Shown: positions 60,920-64,000 of the stretch, one piece after another
Position numbering within the stretch: position 1 is the first letter of the stretch
Layout of the letters: every line of letters starts with the position of its first letter
Assembly (NCBI GenBank): GCA_030295235.1
Contig: AP026140.1
Location: 310,001-374,000 of the forward strand
From: Fistulifera solaris
Taxonomy: Eukaryota
Length of the DNA stretch: 64,000 bases
Direction: 5' to 3'
Made by a program: the position numbers and the translations under genes
The notes under the pieces: generated by a model
Databases searched by the model: none
Told to the model about the DNA's origin: nothing
The model's input: the letters and a program-made list of their open reading frames with translations, nothing else

Positions 60920-62300
60920 GTCACGACCGCCAGCATGCCGCCAGGACCAGGACCAGGACCCCTAACTCAAACCTCAAACACCTCCAAGGAGCACGAGATA
61001 CCGCAAACCGTCCTTGTGCCTCTATTCCGTCGCAGATAGGAACAGCAAGGAACAAAAGCAGTTTCTCAGCAACTTTATTGAACAGCTTTTCCAGCATTCA
61101 TGATCGTCACAAAATCAGCCTCGAGATCGTAAATTTTTGAAACGTGTGCGGAGGCGTCTTTCGTAGGCTTCAATGACCTGTGCTTGACTTGTTTGACCTT
61201 TGACAGGAGTCGACATCTCTTTCGGATCTTAGCCCCGAGATTATCTAAAGTTCTCTACAATCAACGCTATTTCTAAGTTCGCATTCCGCATTATTTGCTC
61301 CGGCCTCAGGGTCATTGTTCATTGTTGTTTGTCACTGGTTAATCGGTAATAATGTATTGCAATGAGGAGACTTTGTGGGCAGTTTTAAATACAGCATAAT
61401 AATGAACAATTCATTAATGTTTCGGAGTTTCTCCGTTCAAAGAACACCTACTTTGAATTACGGATTACGGCAGTAATGGGAAGTTTCAATTCGCTTTAAT
61501 GAAATTACACCATTTCCACCGGATAATATTTCACTTACGGTGTTGATCGTGAAAATCGGCATTGAGAATTAGAGAGAAGCTGTAATAAGTTATAAGTAAA
61601 GTAAGTCGAATTCGTTGAGTAGTATGATAAAGCTTGGTATCAATTGAGTGTATTTATTTGTGTAGCCACGTGGCGAAATCACGTTTATCGTTTATCGTCC
61701 TTTCTGTGTTCGGCGTTCGGCGTCTTCATTGACATTTTTGTTACACTCTTTTGGAAACAGATAATAGTTTCTGTTTCATAGCTCTAGGCTTATACTTTCC
61801 TTTGAGTTGTTCATGTTTTATGTTTCATGTACTAAATGTCTCAGATAATTAATACGGAGTAAGAAATAAGAAATGACAAATAATGACAGAATGATAAATG
61901 ACCCTTTATGACTGCTTAAATCAAAAAATGTTAAAGTGTTTTGTCGTCCGTCATTCACCCATCTTAAAGGCGTTGAGTTTATGATTTGTACCTTGTACCA
62001 GTACTTAGGATTCGGTACTATACTTTGCGAAAAGACTTGATGTATCATATATCATATCTATTCGCGGAATTAGCATGCATACGTAGTACAAAAGAACAAG
62101 GACATAATGACTATAAGAAGCTTATTTGCCGTCAGCTTCTTTCGAACTTACGAGATGATGGTCTGGATGATTACAGGTCATCTTGAGGTCCGTTCTCCGT
62201 TCCCGTTTCCTTCTCGCGTCTCACTGACAAAACAACAAGCAACAAGCGCAAGACACAAGCGGTACTGGTATCGATTACGGTATCGGTACACTACGTGCGG
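60920..62300. repeat. Intergenic tract of mixed 7-bp tandem duplications
   Basis: CTCAAAC (60966), TCATTGT (61312), ATTACGG (61457), TTTATCG (61684), TTCGGCG (61709), TAAGAAA (61860), TATCATA (62043) and AACAAGC (62234), each x2. Confidence 0.75.
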
Positions 62301-62589
62301 TCGGCGATCTCATTGTAATTTTTGTACCCAACACACGCCAACAACTCTCCCCGTCGCCCTTCTCGTCTCAACACAAATTTAATTTTGAAAGCTCTCTGTT
62401 CGATCAACAGCATTCGGCGTTGGTCCTTGTCCCTCATCATTTGCTCATTCATTTTATTGGATGATTGTTTTTGAGCCGATCTCTAGTTTTCCCTTTCTAG
62501 ATTGCAACAAATGCCAAATGACAAAATCAAGCGTCGTCTGGACGAATCAGAAGCGGAAGAACGTAAGTTGACGAACACTTTTCTTTTAC

Positions 62590-63966
62590 GTGATTCAGAC
62601 AATCACTCATCAAAACAGCCGTCTCCTTGTAAATCCAGCCGCCGAGAAAAAACAGCAACTCGAGGCAACTCAGTCTTTGCGAGAGCTGGAAGAAAGGAAA
62701 ATGGACGACCATCTCAACCGCAATAACGAGTCCATGAGTCAAGTTATGTCTGTTCAAGCCTTACTGAACCGAGGTATTGGCAACGCCGCCCTCGCGCAGA
62801 TTAACTCTCAGAATCAGTTGACAACTGGCATCCGCTCGAATGCGGCACTGCACATACTTTCGCAAGAGAGGGCCAGGGCGGCATTGCAACACAATCTTTG
62901 GGCCAGTGCACCGGATTTGATGTACCAGAATGTGATGAACGCAAGCGGTGCTAACCGAGCGGTTCCAGCAGAAATACCTCACCCCTCTGGCGTTTCGCCG
63001 ATTGTTTCTGACTACCTCTTGTCCGACTACAATCGAAGGATCGGCGCAGCAATCACCAATAACACGTCACGTGCCGTACCGCTTCCGGTTTTGCCACCCG
63101 CTGCGACTAGTGGGCTCTCGCAACTACAGCTAGAGCAGGTTCTCTCCAGAGCGAGTGCGCTGAATTATCAGCGAAATCTTGACCAAGCGCTCGCGATCAT
63201 CAGAGAAAATGAGACGGCCCGAAGAGTACGTCAGCTACAGCTTTCTCAAGGCACAACAGGGGCGCGGCCTAATCTTTATTCCGCAGTGATGTGGGACAAC
63301 GCCCAGAGACAGCAAAGTGCCCCGCAGAATCCAATCTGTGATCCAATTCAAACTGCACAACGGTCATTGAGTCTTCCAACTGACGCTTCTAGCTTGAATC
63401 CGACAGTAGAAGCCCTTCATCGAGCGCGCGCTGCTGCAAGTACTCTAGGAAACCGCCAAGGATTCGTCGGGCTTCCTCCATCGATTGCGGGAAATGTACG
63501 CAGCACTAGACGGCACGACTCGTCTGGAGTGTTATTGGCAACCGACGAAGATGAAAAGAATCTGTCGGAATATCAGACGTTGGTACGGAAGCAATTGGAG
63601 TTTTTCGAAGCCAGTGAGGAAGATGTCAGCTTGACAACCCAAGGTCGCAAGAAGGTTGTCTACATTGGCCAGGTAGGGATCCGGTGCGTACATTGTGCTC
63701 ACCGTCCTGCCAATTTACGTAGTCGAGGGTCGGTCTACTTTCCTTCAAAACTCAGCAGTGTTTATCAAGCCGCGCAGAACATGGCAGTGAGTCACTTGAT
63801 GGATGCATGCGACGAGATTGACGAAAGTACTCGCCAGCAGCTTTCATCGTTGCGGTCTCGAAAGGACACGGCAGCTGGGGGCAAAGCTTACTGGGCTTTA
63901 TCGTGTGCGAAAGTTGGCGTTTCTGAAACGGAAACAGGATTGAGATTGGGGAATCCTCTGCGCTAG
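62590..63966 (+). CDS. Diatom-type putative nuclear regulator: Q/N/A-rich region plus C-terminal Cys/His domain; 5' end uncertain
   Basis: C-terminal LSEYQ..VRKQLEFFEA..QGRKK..GQVGIRCVHC..GSVYFP..VYQAAQNM..HL..C..GGKAYW, a motif I recall from uncharacterised diatom proteins. First in-frame ATG is at 62701. Confidence 0.75.
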   Translation: MIQTITHQNSRLLVNPAAEKKQQLEATQSLRELEERKMDDHLNRNNESMSQVMSVQALLNRGIGNAALAQINSQNQLTTGIRSNAALHILSQERARAALQHNLWASAPDLMYQNVMNASGANRAVPAEIPHPSGVSPIVSDYLLSDYNRRIGAAITNNTSRAVPLPVLPPAATSGLSQLQLEQVLSRASALNYQRNLDQALAIIRENETARRVRQLQLSQGTTGARPNLYSAVMWDNAQRQQSAPQNPICDPIQTAQRSLSLPTDASSLNPTVEALHRARAAASTLGNRQGFVGLPPSIAGNVRSTRRHDSSGVLLATDEDEKNLSEYQTLVRKQLEFFEASEEDVSLTTQGRKKVVYIGQVGIRCVHCAHRPANLRSRGSVYFPSKLSSVYQAAQNMAVSHLMDACDEIDESTRQQLSSLRSRKDTAAGGKAYWALSCAKVGVSETETGLRLGNPLR

Positions 63967-64000
63967 GATTCACTCATCTTGATGCCTCTTCCGTTTTTTC

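Overview
Gene-dense eukaryotic nuclear DNA, most likely a pennate diatom. This rests on short GT-AG introns (mostly 60-100 nt), bipartite signal+F/W plastid presequences, a fused plastid tryptophan synthase alpha-beta, and gene families typical of diatoms. About 35 protein-coding genes were reconstructed by hand; no rRNA, convincing tRNA or CRISPR was found. Sixteen single-base frameshifts in 13 genes all fall in homopolymer runs and are best read as sequencing or assembly errors, so these genes are annotated as intact. Highlights: (1) a helicase-less Dicer-like gene with an intact RNase IIIa, an RNase IIIb that has lost all four acidic catalytic residues, and a two-helix hydrophobic insert between platform and PAZ; (2) a plastid-targeted carotenoid-cleavage-dioxygenase homologue lacking all four iron-binding histidines; (3) three intergenic tracts crowded with tandem duplications of unrelated 7-mers; (4) a 79-bp palindromic repeat family (three copies) and a hAT-type MITE with an 8-bp TSD; (5) a candidate poison exon in DBP2/DDX5; (6) a divergent Mago nashi, a pseudokinase, and a tandem pair of small K/REEL-ending coiled-coil proteins. 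All domain and targeting calls come from motif recognition by eye, not from database searches or predictors.
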